This document shows, one piece after another, positions 29,935 to 39,724 of a DNA stretch of 64,000 nucleotides; position 1 is the stretch's first letter; every line of letters starts with the position of its first letter. Made by a program: the position numbers and the translations under genes. The stretch comes from Clostridia bacterium (lineage in GTDB: Bacteria; Bacillota; Clostridia; Christensenellales; JBMNLC01), in NCBI GenBank assembly GCA_050952525.1, contig JBMNLC010000004.1, forward strand, positions 102,437-166,436, written 5' to 3'. The notes below the pieces were generated by a model that made no database searches, was not told the DNA's origin, and was given only the letters and a program-made list of their open reading frames with translations.

Positions 29935-30969
29935 ATGGAAGAAAGAGAGTTAATCCGTATTTTGAAGCAACTAAAGGATGTTTCCATTGGTGTGATTGGT
30001 GACTTTTTTCTGGATAAACATCTGATCATCGATCCCCAAAGGGACGAACCCTCCCTTGAGACAGGTCTGACGGCTTACCAGGTCGTAGCCAAAAGGATCA
30101 GTCCCGGTGCAGCAGGTACGGTTACCAATAATCTGACCGCATTACAGGTGGGACGAGTGATGGCATTGGGGATTATCGGGGAAGACGGGGAAGGCTATGA
30201 ATTGATGCAGGGTCTCGTATCAAGAGGCGTAGACATCCAATACCTTATCCGAACGACTGAACGGGTTACCCCGACCTACACCAAGCCCATGGTGATGGAG
30301 CAAGGGGGAGAACGGGAGATAAACCGCCTTGATATCAAGAATTTTTCTCCTACTCCGCCAGAGCTGGAAGAACAGATTCTGGAAAGGCTTTATGCCATGG
30401 CGGAACAGGTGGATGCCATTATTGCCCTGGATCAGGTAGTGGAAGAAAACTGCGGTGTTCTTACATCAAGGGTGCGGGAAGCCTTGGCTGATATAGGAAA
30501 GAAAGAAGAAGCCCCCTTTATTTACGTCGATTCCAGAGCGAATACCTTCAAATTTCGAAATGTGATGGTAAAGTGCAATCATTATGAGGCGGTAAAGGCC
30601 ATCAAGCCTGACTTTGAGGGAGAACCTGACGATCAGACCATTGCAGATTGCGGTATGGATCTGGCCAGGAGGACAAAAAAACCTGTATTCATTACCTGGG
30701 GGGAACGGGGACAGTTGGTCATCCGTGATACAACCGTTAGTCATGTTCCTGCCATACGGGTGGAAGGACCTATTGATATCTGTGGAGCGGGGGATGCAGC
30801 CAGCTCCGGAACGGTGTCTGCCCTATGCTGTGGTGCATCTCTGGAGGATGCAGCCTTTTTTGGAAACATCGTTGCTTCCATAACCATCCAGCAGTTGGGA
30901 ACCACGGGAACGGCTTCCCCCGAACAAGTTCTCCGCCGCTTCAAGGACTTCACGGGCAAGAACCATTGA
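29935..30969 (+). CDS. PfkB-family carbohydrate kinase (RfaE-domain-I-like)
   Basis: ORF 29821..30969. GGAGGAG RBS then ATG at 29935. GDFFLDKH N-terminus, GAAGTVTNNL, C-terminal ICGAGDA motif. Confidence 0.8.
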   Translation: MEERELIRILKQLKDVSIGVIGDFFLDKHLIIDPQRDEPSLETGLTAYQVVAKRISPGAAGTVTNNLTALQVGRVMALGIIGEDGEGYELMQGLVSRGVDIQYLIRTTERVTPTYTKPMVMEQGGEREINRLDIKNFSPTPPELEEQILERLYAMAEQVDAIIALDQVVEENCGVLTSRVREALADIGKKEEAPFIYVDSRANTFKFRNVMVKCNHYEAVKAIKPDFEGEPDDQTIADCGMDLARRTKKPVFITWGERGQLVIRDTTVSHVPAIRVEGPIDICGAGDAASSGTVSALCCGASLEDAAFFGNIVASITIQQLGTTGTASPEQVLRRFKDFTGKNH

Positions 30970-31006
30970 TTCATTACCATCAGAAATCGGAGAAGAGGAA
31001 TAAGGC

Positions 31007-32551
31007 ATGGCGAAGAGATTATTGTTGAGTATAGATGTAGGGACCTCGGGGTGTAAAATTACAGCCTTTGATTTTGCGGGAAAGGTAACGGCCAGCCATA
31101 CAGGAAGCTATAAGACCTTTTATGGGCAATTTGGATGTGTGGAGCAGGACGCCTTGGAATGGTGGAGAATCATCTGTCAGAGCCTCCAAAGGCTTATCCG
31201 CGAATCCCGGCTTGATCCTGCCGAAATTGCCGCCATTGGAGTGGACGGTACCAGTTGGGCATGTCTCCCAGTGGATCGACAGGGGGTTCCCCTTCGCCGG
31301 GTTATGATGTGGATGGATAGAAGGGCGGAGTCGCAAACCCGGTGGATGGGGGAGGCAATAGGGGGGGAACGCCTGTTACGGCTCAATGGCAACCCGGTGG
31401 ATTCAGCCTATATCGTACCCAAGATGCTATGGTTGAAGGATCATGAGCCGGATGTATATCATCAAGCCTATAAGTTCCTGCAGAGCAATGCTTATATTGT
31501 CTTTAAACTGACGGGTGATTACTCCCAGGATTTTTCCCAGGGATATGGTTTCCACTTTTTTGATATGTCGAGGGGGTGCTGGGACGAAAAAGTCGCGGAA
31601 GAGTTGGGAATTTCGCTGGATTTGCTGGCACCCCTGGTTCAGTGTCACCACGTAGTTGGCACCGTCACAAGAAAGGCGGCTGAGGAAACCGGATTAATGC
31701 CCGGTATTCCTGTGGTGGCCGGCGGTTTGGATGCAGCCTGCTGCGCGCTGGGGGCAGGGGTTGTAGAGCCCGGACAGACCCAGGAACAAGGGGGACAGGC
31801 AGGAGGGATGAGCATTCAGCTGGATCGCCCCCTTATTCATCCAAAGCTGATTCTGGGATACCATGTCATTCCCGATCAATGGCTCCTTCAGGGGGGTACT
31901 GTAGGGGGAGGGGGTACCCTCCGATGGTTCAATGACCGGCTGGGATATTATGAACAGACGGTGGGGAAGGAGAGAGGATGCAGCTCCTATGATGTGATGA
32001 ATGAAGAGGCGGATAAGATCAGCCCTGGAAGCGACGGACTTATCTTCCTTCCCTACATGGCCGGTGAACGCTCCCCTATTTGGAACAGTAAAGCCAGGGG
32101 GGTTTTCTTCGGACTGTCCTATGATAAAACCCGTGGCCATCTTATCCGTTCCATGATGGAAGGGGTCGCTTTTTCCCTGCTGCATAACCTGAAGACGGCG
32201 GAGGAAGCGGGGGCATATGTCCGGGTCATGAACAGTGTGGGGGGTGCCGCCAACAGCCGGGTATGGACACAAATCAAAGCGGATATTACCGGCAAAATCG
32301 TTTGTGTGCCTTCTTCGGACCATGCCACTGCTTTGGGGGCAGCCATCCTGGCTGGGGTCGGATTGGGGATATACAGGGATTTTAAACAGGCAGTGGAGCA
32401 GACCGTTCAAATCCGGCGCACCCATATCCCGGATGAAAGGAATCACCGGATATATCAAAAGTATTATGCATTATACCTTGAACTGTATGAAAAACTAAAG
32501 GACAGCTATGACAGACTGGATGAAATCGCACAAGACGAAGGAAAGATATGA
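31007..32551 (+). CDS. FGGY-family carbohydrate kinase (xylulokinase/glycerol-kinase-like)
   Basis: LLLSIDVGTSGCK N-terminus, and VGGAANSRVWTQIKADITG in the FGGY C-terminal domain. Confidence 0.85.
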   Translation: MAKRLLLSIDVGTSGCKITAFDFAGKVTASHTGSYKTFYGQFGCVEQDALEWWRIICQSLQRLIRESRLDPAEIAAIGVDGTSWACLPVDRQGVPLRRVMMWMDRRAESQTRWMGEAIGGERLLRLNGNPVDSAYIVPKMLWLKDHEPDVYHQAYKFLQSNAYIVFKLTGDYSQDFSQGYGFHFFDMSRGCWDEKVAEELGISLDLLAPLVQCHHVVGTVTRKAAEETGLMPGIPVVAGGLDAACCALGAGVVEPGQTQEQGGQAGGMSIQLDRPLIHPKLILGYHVIPDQWLLQGGTVGGGGTLRWFNDRLGYYEQTVGKERGCSSYDVMNEEADKISPGSDGLIFLPYMAGERSPIWNSKARGVFFGLSYDKTRGHLIRSMMEGVAFSLLHNLKTAEEAGAYVRVMNSVGGAANSRVWTQIKADITGKIVCVPSSDHATALGAAILAGVGLGIYRDFKQAVEQTVQIRRTHIPDERNHRIYQKYYALYLELYEKLKDSYDRLDEIAQDEGKI

Positions 32552-33609
32552 AAGGAGGAGCTCAATCATTGAAGGCAGCAGTTTTATACGGACAGCAGGA
32601 TATCCGATATGAAGATGTGGAGATGCCTGTGATTCAGGAAGATGAAGTATTGGTGAGGGTAAAGGCGATGGGTATCTGTGGTTCGGATATGCCCCGTGTA
32701 TTGGGGAAAGGTGCACATTTTTACCCCATCATTTTGGGGCATGAGTTTTCAGGAGAGGTTGTTGAGCTTGGAGACAAGGTACAAGGCCTGGCGGCAGGTG
32801 ATAAGATTGCCGGCGCACCCCTTATCCCTTGTCATGAATGCAAAGATTGCCTGCAAGGGAATTACTCCCAATGCAAACATTACAGTTTTATCGGATCCAG
32901 AACCCATGGGGCATGGGCAGAATATGTAAAACTGCCTGGGATTAATGCAGTGAAATTGCCAGAGGGGATAAGCTTCGTCCAAGGGGCTTTCTATGAACCG
33001 ATTACCGTTGCCCTTCACGGCCTGTTTGTAATGGATTACCAGGGGGGCAGGGATGTTGCCATACTGGGTATGGGAACGATCGGCCTTCTGACTCTCCAGT
33101 GTGCCAGGATATTCGGAGCAAAAAGAATCTTCGCCTTCGATATCGATGAAGAGCGTTTGAAGGTCGCCAAGGAGTATGGGGCTGATTTTTGCCTGAATAC
33201 CCGGGATGAACCCTTTCGAGAGCTTATCGACAGGGAGACGGACGGATGGGGTCTTGAAATGGTCATTGAAACAGCGGGCGTGGAATTTACCGAAAAGCTG
33301 AGTCTGGAAATTGCTTCTGCCAAAGGAAATGTCATGTTTATCGGTACACCCTCTAATCCGATATCCCTGATGCCCCGGGAATTTGAATACATCAATCGCA
33401 AGGAGCTGATGGTGAGGGGATCGTGGATGTCCTATTCAGCTCCTTTTCCGGGGAGGGAGTGGGAGTTGGCGGGATACTATCTGGAAAAAGGCTTGATTCA
33501 AGTGGACAAACTAATTAACAGAATCATCCCTCTGGCGAATGTTGGTGAAGCCTTTGCAGATCTGGCCGTTCCAGGCAGGGTAAAAGGGAAAATATTATTG
33601 GAGGTTTGA
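32548..33609 (+). CDS. Zn-dependent polyol(-phosphate) dehydrogenase (MDR family, GatD/sorbitol-DH-like)
   Basis: GICGSD, GHEFSGEV, structural-zinc CHECKDCLQGNYSQC, GMGTIG Rossmann. The true start is possibly the TTG at 32569, after an AAGGAGGAG RBS. Confidence 0.85.
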   Translation: MKGGAQSLKAAVLYGQQDIRYEDVEMPVIQEDEVLVRVKAMGICGSDMPRVLGKGAHFYPIILGHEFSGEVVELGDKVQGLAAGDKIAGAPLIPCHECKDCLQGNYSQCKHYSFIGSRTHGAWAEYVKLPGINAVKLPEGISFVQGAFYEPITVALHGLFVMDYQGGRDVAILGMGTIGLLTLQCARIFGAKRIFAFDIDEERLKVAKEYGADFCLNTRDEPFRELIDRETDGWGLEMVIETAGVEFTEKLSLEIASAKGNVMFIGTPSNPISLMPREFEYINRKELMVRGSWMSYSAPFPGREWELAGYYLEKGLIQVDKLINRIIPLANVGEAFADLAVPGRVKGKILLEV

Positions 33610-33612
33610 ATC

Positions 33613-34488
33613 ATGGGATTGGTAAATCCATTGTTTTTTATCGAAGCTGCCCGAAGGAAGGGAATAGCCATAGCGGCTTTTAATGTTCATAATTTAGAAA
33701 CCATTCAGGGCGTAGTGGAAGGTGCAGCGGCTGAACGAACCCCGGTTATTGTTCAAACTACCCCTGGAACCTTGAAACACGCAGGGATTCCATATGTGGC
33801 TGCCTGTGTAAAGGTAGCTGCTGAACTACATGATATCCCCATAGCCCTCCATGTAGACCACTGTTCATCCTATAGTACCATCGAGGAGTGCATTCGGTAT
33901 GGTTATACATCGGTGATGATTGACGGATCCAAGCTGCCTTATGACGAAAATGTTAATCTGGTAAAGAGGGTGGTGGAGTTAGCCCATGGGGTCGGTGTTG
34001 CTGTGGAGGGGGAATTGGGAAGAATCGGGGGTACAGAGGACGACCTGTCCATCGATGAGAGGGAAGCTGCTTTGACCGTCCCTGAAGAAGCCGATGCCTT
34101 TGCTAAGGCTACAGGCATCGATACCTTGGCGATTGCCATTGGCACAGCCCACGGTGTATATAAGGGAGAACCCAAACTGGATTATAAGCGCCTAGCCGCC
34201 ATCAAGGAGCGGGTCAGCCTGCCTCTGGTTCTCCATGGTGCTTCCGGAGTACCCGAGGCTAGTATAAAAGCGGCCATCCAAGGAGGAATAGCGAAGATCA
34301 ATATTGCCACAGAATTAAAAATACCCATGGCCCATGCCATTCAGCAGGTGTTTAAGGAGAAACCTGAAGAGAATGATCCCCGCAACTATATGGGAGCCGC
34401 CAAGGAAGCAGTCAAGGAAGTTGTTCGCCAAAAAATCCGCCTGTGTGGTTGCAGTGGACTGGCCGATGAGCTGGGCGAATGGAAATAG
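33613..34488 (+). CDS. Class II ketose-bisphosphate aldolase (FbaA/GatY/KbaY family)
   Basis: AAFNVHNLE, LHVDH, MIDGS, VEGELG, LVLHGASG motifs. Confidence 0.85.
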   Translation: MGLVNPLFFIEAARRKGIAIAAFNVHNLETIQGVVEGAAAERTPVIVQTTPGTLKHAGIPYVAACVKVAAELHDIPIALHVDHCSSYSTIEECIRYGYTSVMIDGSKLPYDENVNLVKRVVELAHGVGVAVEGELGRIGGTEDDLSIDEREAALTVPEEADAFAKATGIDTLAIAIGTAHGVYKGEPKLDYKRLAAIKERVSLPLVLHGASGVPEASIKAAIQGGIAKINIATELKIPMAHAIQQVFKEKPEENDPRNYMGAAKEAVKEVVRQKIRLCGCSGLADELGEWK

Positions 34489-34646
34489 TATGGACGTCCT
34501 TCCACCATGTTTTTGCCCAGCATGGAGCAAGAAAAGATCCATAAAATGACGAGTTTTAAAAAGGAAAATCCTTCTCAAGCTCGAATAGGACATAAGAGAA
34601 TCCATAAGGAAGGGTACTCCATATAAAAGAGACAGGGGGTAAGGAA

Positions 34647-35736
34647 ATGAAAAAGTTGAGAATCGGCATCATAGGAACGGGTGGTATCGCCAACGCTCAT
34701 GTAAATGCTTACAAGAATTTTCCGGATGTAGAGGTCGTTGCAGGAGCGGACATTGTTCCGGGTAAGGCGGCAGCCTTTTTGGAACGCCACGGACTTCACG
34801 AGGCAAAGGCTTTTGAGAGGCATGAGGATTTATTGGAGATGGATTTGGATGCAGTCAGTGTATGTACATACAACTCCACCCATGCCATATGTACCATTGA
34901 TGCATTAAATGCAGGAAAGCATGTTCTACTTGAAAAACCTATGTCCATTACACTGGATGAAGCAGTGGAGATGGTACGTACGGAGAAAAAAACAGGAAAG
35001 ATACTTACTATTGGCTTTCAACCTCGATATGATGCAAACATGCAAATGATTAAAGAAATCATTCAATCGGGCATGTTGGGGAAGGTTTATTATGTCCAGA
35101 CCGGTGGGGGAAGGCGAAGAGGGATACCGGGAGGAACTTTTATCTCGAAGGAATTAGCAGGAGTTGGAGCTCTGGCGGATATTGGTTGTTATTCTCTGGA
35201 TATGGCATTGAACTCCCTTGGCTATCCCAAGCCTTTAACAGTTTCAGCCTATGCATCCAATTACTTTCGGAACCAACCCCAAGTATTACAAGGAAGCAGG
35301 AAGTTTTGAAGTAGATGATTTTTCGGCTGCATTCATTCGTTTGGAGGGGGATGTAGTTCTAGATTTTAAGATCTCCTGGGCTATGCATATGGATACCATG
35401 GGTGATACGATCTTTCTCGGCCAGGATGCTGGTTTGAAGGTGAAATCCCCGCGGTTGGGACACCCCTGGGGTGGCGCCTGGGATGGAGGGGTAGGCCCCA
35501 TCTCCTTCTTCCACGATGTGATGGGACAGCAGGTGGAAACTGGCATTCCTCTGAAGGAGACAACGGGTCCCAGCCTATTTGAAAGGAAGGTAAGGGACTT
35601 CGTAGATGCCGTGATTGATCATAAGCCTGCACCTATACCCACCGATCAGATCCTTTATAATCAGGCTATTATAGATGGAATTATTCGATCGGCGGCTTTA
35701 CGACGTGAAGTGGAAGTGAGAATTCCGGAGATTTAG
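34647..35736 (+). pseudogene. Gfo/Idh/MocA oxidoreductase, one frameshift
   Basis: The N-terminal 220 aa (ORF 34647..35309; LRIGIIGTGGIA, LLEKP) continue in the +1 frame as ORF 35251..35736. The junction is near TACTTTCGG (35263-35270); removing one T restores ...SNYFGTNPKYY... Confidence 0.7.
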
Positions 35737-35757
35737 GCACTTTCGTTGAAAAAATAG

Positions 35758-35800
35758 GAAGGCCATAGGGATAAAAAAGCACCCCTATGGCCTTCTTATT
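35758..35800 (+). terminator. Terminator of the eight-gene operon
   Basis: 13-bp stem GAAGGCCATAGGG / CCCTATGGCCTTC, T-poor tail. Confidence 0.65.
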
Positions 35801-35856
35801 GCTGATAGCCTTAAGTTGGATGCTTCAGATTTTACACCAGATGATCCGATAATGAA

Positions 35857-36120
35857 ATGGCAAACCAAATCCATATGCTTCAATCCGCTTTAGCAGGTGC
35901 AGAGCGTATATTTAAGGTGATGGACCAGGAGCCGGAATATAAGGATGAGGCTGTGAAGCCTGAAATCCGGGACATGGAAGGAGCTGCTAATTTCAATGAT
36001 GTAACCTTCGGTTACAAAAAGGATACCCCGGTACTAAAGGATGTTGACAAAGGCTTTATTCTGTCGACGGAAAAGATATATGAGCTATATACCAGCCAGT
36101 TCAAACGGCAGGCATCTTGA
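35857..36120 (+). pseudogene. Remnant of an ABC exporter (fused TMD-NBD type) with an internal deletion
   Basis: 87 aa. LQSALAGAERIFKVMDQEPE...VTFGYKKDTPVLKDV is the TMD/NBD junction, joined directly to a C-terminal tail (...YELYTSQF...). Walker A, signature and Walker B are absent. Confidence 0.6.
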
Positions 36121-36215
36121 GGGTAGGCAAGGACACATTGAAGAATATGGAAGGGAAATAAATCTCTGATGGGATATATAAACTTCGGATTTTTATTTTA
36201 TTTCCACATTTAGGG

Positions 36216-36245
36216 TTGACGCGTACTAAATCAGAGCGTTATAAT
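36216..36245 (+). promoter_or_regulatory. Promoter of the LacI-family gene
   Basis: TTGACG (36216-36221), 18-nt spacer, TATAAT (36240-36245). The -35 overlaps a TTGACGCGT half-site. Confidence 0.55.
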
Positions 36246-36253
36246 AAAAACAA

Positions 36254-36267
36254 AGATTGACACGCGT
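36254..36267. promoter_or_regulatory. Putative LacI-type operator copy
   Basis: The reverse complement AAAACGCGTGTCAA matches the 37396 palindrome at 11/14 positions. Confidence 0.4.
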
Positions 36268-36282
36268 TTTTTGAGGAAACAT

Positions 36283-37340
36283 ATGAAGAATAAACCGAAA
36301 AAAGTAACACGAAATGATATTGCCCGTTTAGCGGGTGTTGCCCCTTCAACGGTATCCAATGTGTTGAATAATAAAAGGGTAAGCGATAAATTAAGGAACA
36401 GGGTACTGCAAGCTATTGAGGAATTGGATTATACACCGAATTTGGTTGCTCGGAGTCTGGTGACAAAATCATCAAAGCATATTGAATTGATTATTACGGA
36501 TATCACCAATCCTAATTTCGCAGCTATTGCGGAAGGAATGCAGATGGAAGCCCATAGGTTTGGTTATATGCTGTCCATCAGCCTGAGTAATGAGAATGAG
36601 ATGGACCAGTTGGTGGATTCATGTGTCGGCAGGAATGTGGATGCAGTGGTGTTCTTATTTTGCTATGATGCCTTCCACGATCGACTTAAAAGAGCGCCTG
36701 CTAAACAATGATATTATTGTTGTCGATATCCACAATCGTTATGTTTTTCCTCAAGTTGCTCCCCATATCCGTGTGGAACCGGGTTATATGGAGGGAATGA
36801 AAAAGGCTTTCAAGCATTTGGTGGATTTGGGCCACAAAAGGATTGCTTATGTAACGGCTGAAGGAGGCGAAATGGAGAAAGGCTTCTTTCGTGAATCCCG
36901 GGCAGAGATCTTCAGGCAGTGTTCTATCCAATACTTTGGACAGTTTGATGAGAAATACATGATTACCAATTCAGGGATAAAAGGATAACCATATGATCGG
37001 TTTACATGCCGGAAAGGAACTAATGCATCGCGACTTGGACTGTACTGCCGCCATCGTGGTTAGTGACAGCCTGGTATTCGGCTTCATGAAAGCCCTCCGA
37101 GATGCAGGGAAGTCCGTTCCAAAGGATTTGTCGGTGGTCAGCTTTGGAAACACCCCTTTCGCCCAGACCAGCAACCCCACCCTGACCTCCGTGACAATAC
37201 CTACCCATGAAATAGGGGAGACCATTGTCAGGTATATAATGGGCTATAAGGACAGAGTGGAGGAAATGAAGGAGACCATTCAAATGGATTTCCCTGTAGA
37301 TGTTGTCAGCAGGGAGTCTACGGGAATGCCTCGTTATTAA
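36283..37340 (+). pseudogene. LacI-family transcriptional regulator, two frameshifts
   Basis: HTH TRNDIARLAGVAPSTVSNVLNN in frame 1 (to 36711), sugar-binding core in frame 2 (to 36988), C-terminus in frame 3 (36993..37340). The second shift lies in an A4 run (36979-36982). Confidence 0.8.
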
Positions 37341-37395
37341 GACAATGGGCATCATGTCATGGCCGAGAGAGGCCCACTTTTTTATATATCATATT

Positions 37396-37409
37396 TTGAC
37401 GCGTGTCAA
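37396..37409. promoter_or_regulatory. Putative LacI-type operator (near-palindrome TTGACGCGTGTCAA)
   Basis: 12/14 self-complementary, CG-centred, and overlapping a TTGACG -35-like hexamer upstream of the solute-binding-protein gene. Confidence 0.5.
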
Positions 37410-37557
37410 AGATTTTTAATATCAGACCGCCTCTGTTGATCATCGGAAAGATGGAATATAACCAAACCTTTCGATCTATTGGTTGGCCCCTTAGCCAAGG
37501 TAGTAAGGATGGGTTTGGATTATATAATGATAACATATTTATGAGGAGGGGTCTAAT

Positions 37558-39517
37558 ATGAAAAAAGTATCAATCATGTTATTGTCACTGCTATTCCTCA
37601 CTGTTGCCATTTTAGTAGGCTGTAGCAACAAGCCTGTGGTTGGACCTACTGTGGCTCCTGAGGATAGTCAAGCCCCTGTGGAGAGCGAGACGCCGGCAGA
37701 GAGCCAGGCTCCGGAAGAATCAAAAGCCCCTGAAAAAATGGTCTATAAGCAGTCTCCTTTTCTCGAGGGGAAGGGATTACCCCCTGTGGAAGAACGCTTA
37801 CCCAAGGAACCTAAGATTACCAATGAAATGCCTGATGAACTACTGGATTATGAAATCGGTACATACGGCGGTACCATCCGGTCTGCCAATAGCTCCATTG
37901 ATTATAATCCCAATCTTTTCGTTATGAACAACGAGCCGCATGATAAATACACCCGGTATCCTAGGTGAAGAAATTACTCCAAATATTGTCAAGGGTTTTG
38001 AAGTAACACCTGACCAGAAGGAGTTCACTTTCTATATGCGGGAGGGGCTGAAGTGGTCTGATGGTCAGCCCGTCACGACAGAAGATGTGCGGTTTGCTGT
38101 CGAGGACGTGCTGTATAATGAAAAACTGACCCCCGGCATACCTGCATGGTTAAGATCTGGAGGAACAGCCTCCGGAACTCCTGTGGCTTTGGAGGTTATA
38201 GACGATTTCACCTTCAAACTTGAAATTTGACGAGCCCTATGGAGGCTTCCTGGTTCGTCTGGCCATTCAGGGCTGGAGAGGCTATACCGAGTCTATTAAA
38301 GCCAGCCCATTTCCTAAAGGATTACCATGAGAAATATGCAGATGCCGATGAATTAAAGGAAAAAACGAAAGAAGCGGGCTTCAATGAGGAAGAGTGGTGG
38401 AACCTGTTTAACGACAAGGATATCCTGAATAACGAGCTGGTAAGCTCTAAAGCTATAGGCTTTCCTGTTTTGTATCCCTGGATGGCTGTGAACAAGACAG
38501 AAACATCGGTGGAATTTGAACGGAATCCTTATTATTTCAAGGTGGACCCGGAAGGCAACCAACTGCCGTATGTCGACAAGCTGGTTAACAACCTGGTGGA
38601 AAACATGGAAGTAGTGACCATGAAAATCCTTACGGGGGAAATAGACTTTGCCTACGGCATGTTGACCTCCATGCCTAAGATTCCCTTGTACAAGGAGAAT
38701 GAGGATAAGGGTGGATATAATATCTATATGACCAAATATCACACAACGCCTACCGATATCCATTTAAACCTAACCTATGAAGATCCTGTATGGAGAGAGG
38801 TTGTCCAGGATATCCGGTTCAGGAACGGCCCTGAACATGGCTATCGATCGGGAGGAAATCATAGATGCCGTATATTATGGTTTCGGTGAGCCAGGTAAAA
38901 TCATTGACAGCACCTTTAATCTGGAAGAGGCGAATAAGCTGTTGGATGAAATGGGGATGACAAGGGGAAGTGACGGTTTCCGAGTAGGTCCTGACGGTAA
39001 GAAATTCACCATTCCTTTTGAAATCGGAGGTCAGGTAGTGGATATGGCACCCGTCACAGAACTGGTGGTGGAGCAGTGGAGAGCTCTGGACCTGGATGTA
39101 ACCATGAAGATGATTGATGCTGCCCTCTGGGGTACCCGTAATTCTGCTAATGAACTCCAGGCTACTGTTATGTTTACCCATACACCTCTATGGTATCAGG
39201 GCGATTTCGGACAACAGCTCTGGGGTCCATTCTGGCATCGGTATCATACTTCAGGAGGAAAGCAGGGCGAAAAACCTCCTGCAGATGTCCAGAAGATGTA
39301 TGATTTGATCGACAAATCGTCCGTTGTTTCACCCGATGAGGGACGGAAGTTGATTGAGGAAGTAAAGAGTGAAATCGGGGAGAACGTCTGGTATTTCATA
39401 TGGGCGGAGAATGTAAGGCAGCCCTTTATCGCTAAGAAGAATCTTGGCAATATGTCAGACAAAGGTTTCTCCATCGCATGCGGATTCAGCGGCGAACAGT
39501 TTTTCTACAGAGATTAA
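37558..39517 (+). pseudogene. ABC-transporter substrate-binding lipoprotein (family-5-like), four frameshifts
   Basis: Lipobox LLFLTVAILVGCSN. The reading frame hops 1>2 (~37938), 2>3 (~38224), 3>1 (~38290) and 1>2 (~38822). Each hop is repaired by deleting one nucleotide. No cognate permease or ATPase genes are adjacent. Confidence 0.8.
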
Positions 39518-39724
39518 CCGGCGACTGAAACAAAGGGACGCAAAGATAAAGATATGATAGGGATAATATCAGTATGGCAGCTGGGTATATGCTTTGAAAG
39601 ACATGATGTTATCCCTTATCTTTTCTTGTTTTACTGGAATTCTGAATTCTGGGGTTTCTCCTTAAAAGGAGGCGATGGATCCCGAAGATGTCATGTCAGA
39701 TTACTGAAAGAAAGAAGGGATAAG

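Noticed and set aside
39554-39724. 57-aa N-terminal extension of the sulfatase ORF (MIGIISVWQL...).
   Set aside because: The extension crosses a hairpin/T-rich terminator-like element. The sulfatase family N-terminus (KRPNIVFVFADQ) starts at 39725 and has its own purine-rich RBS.
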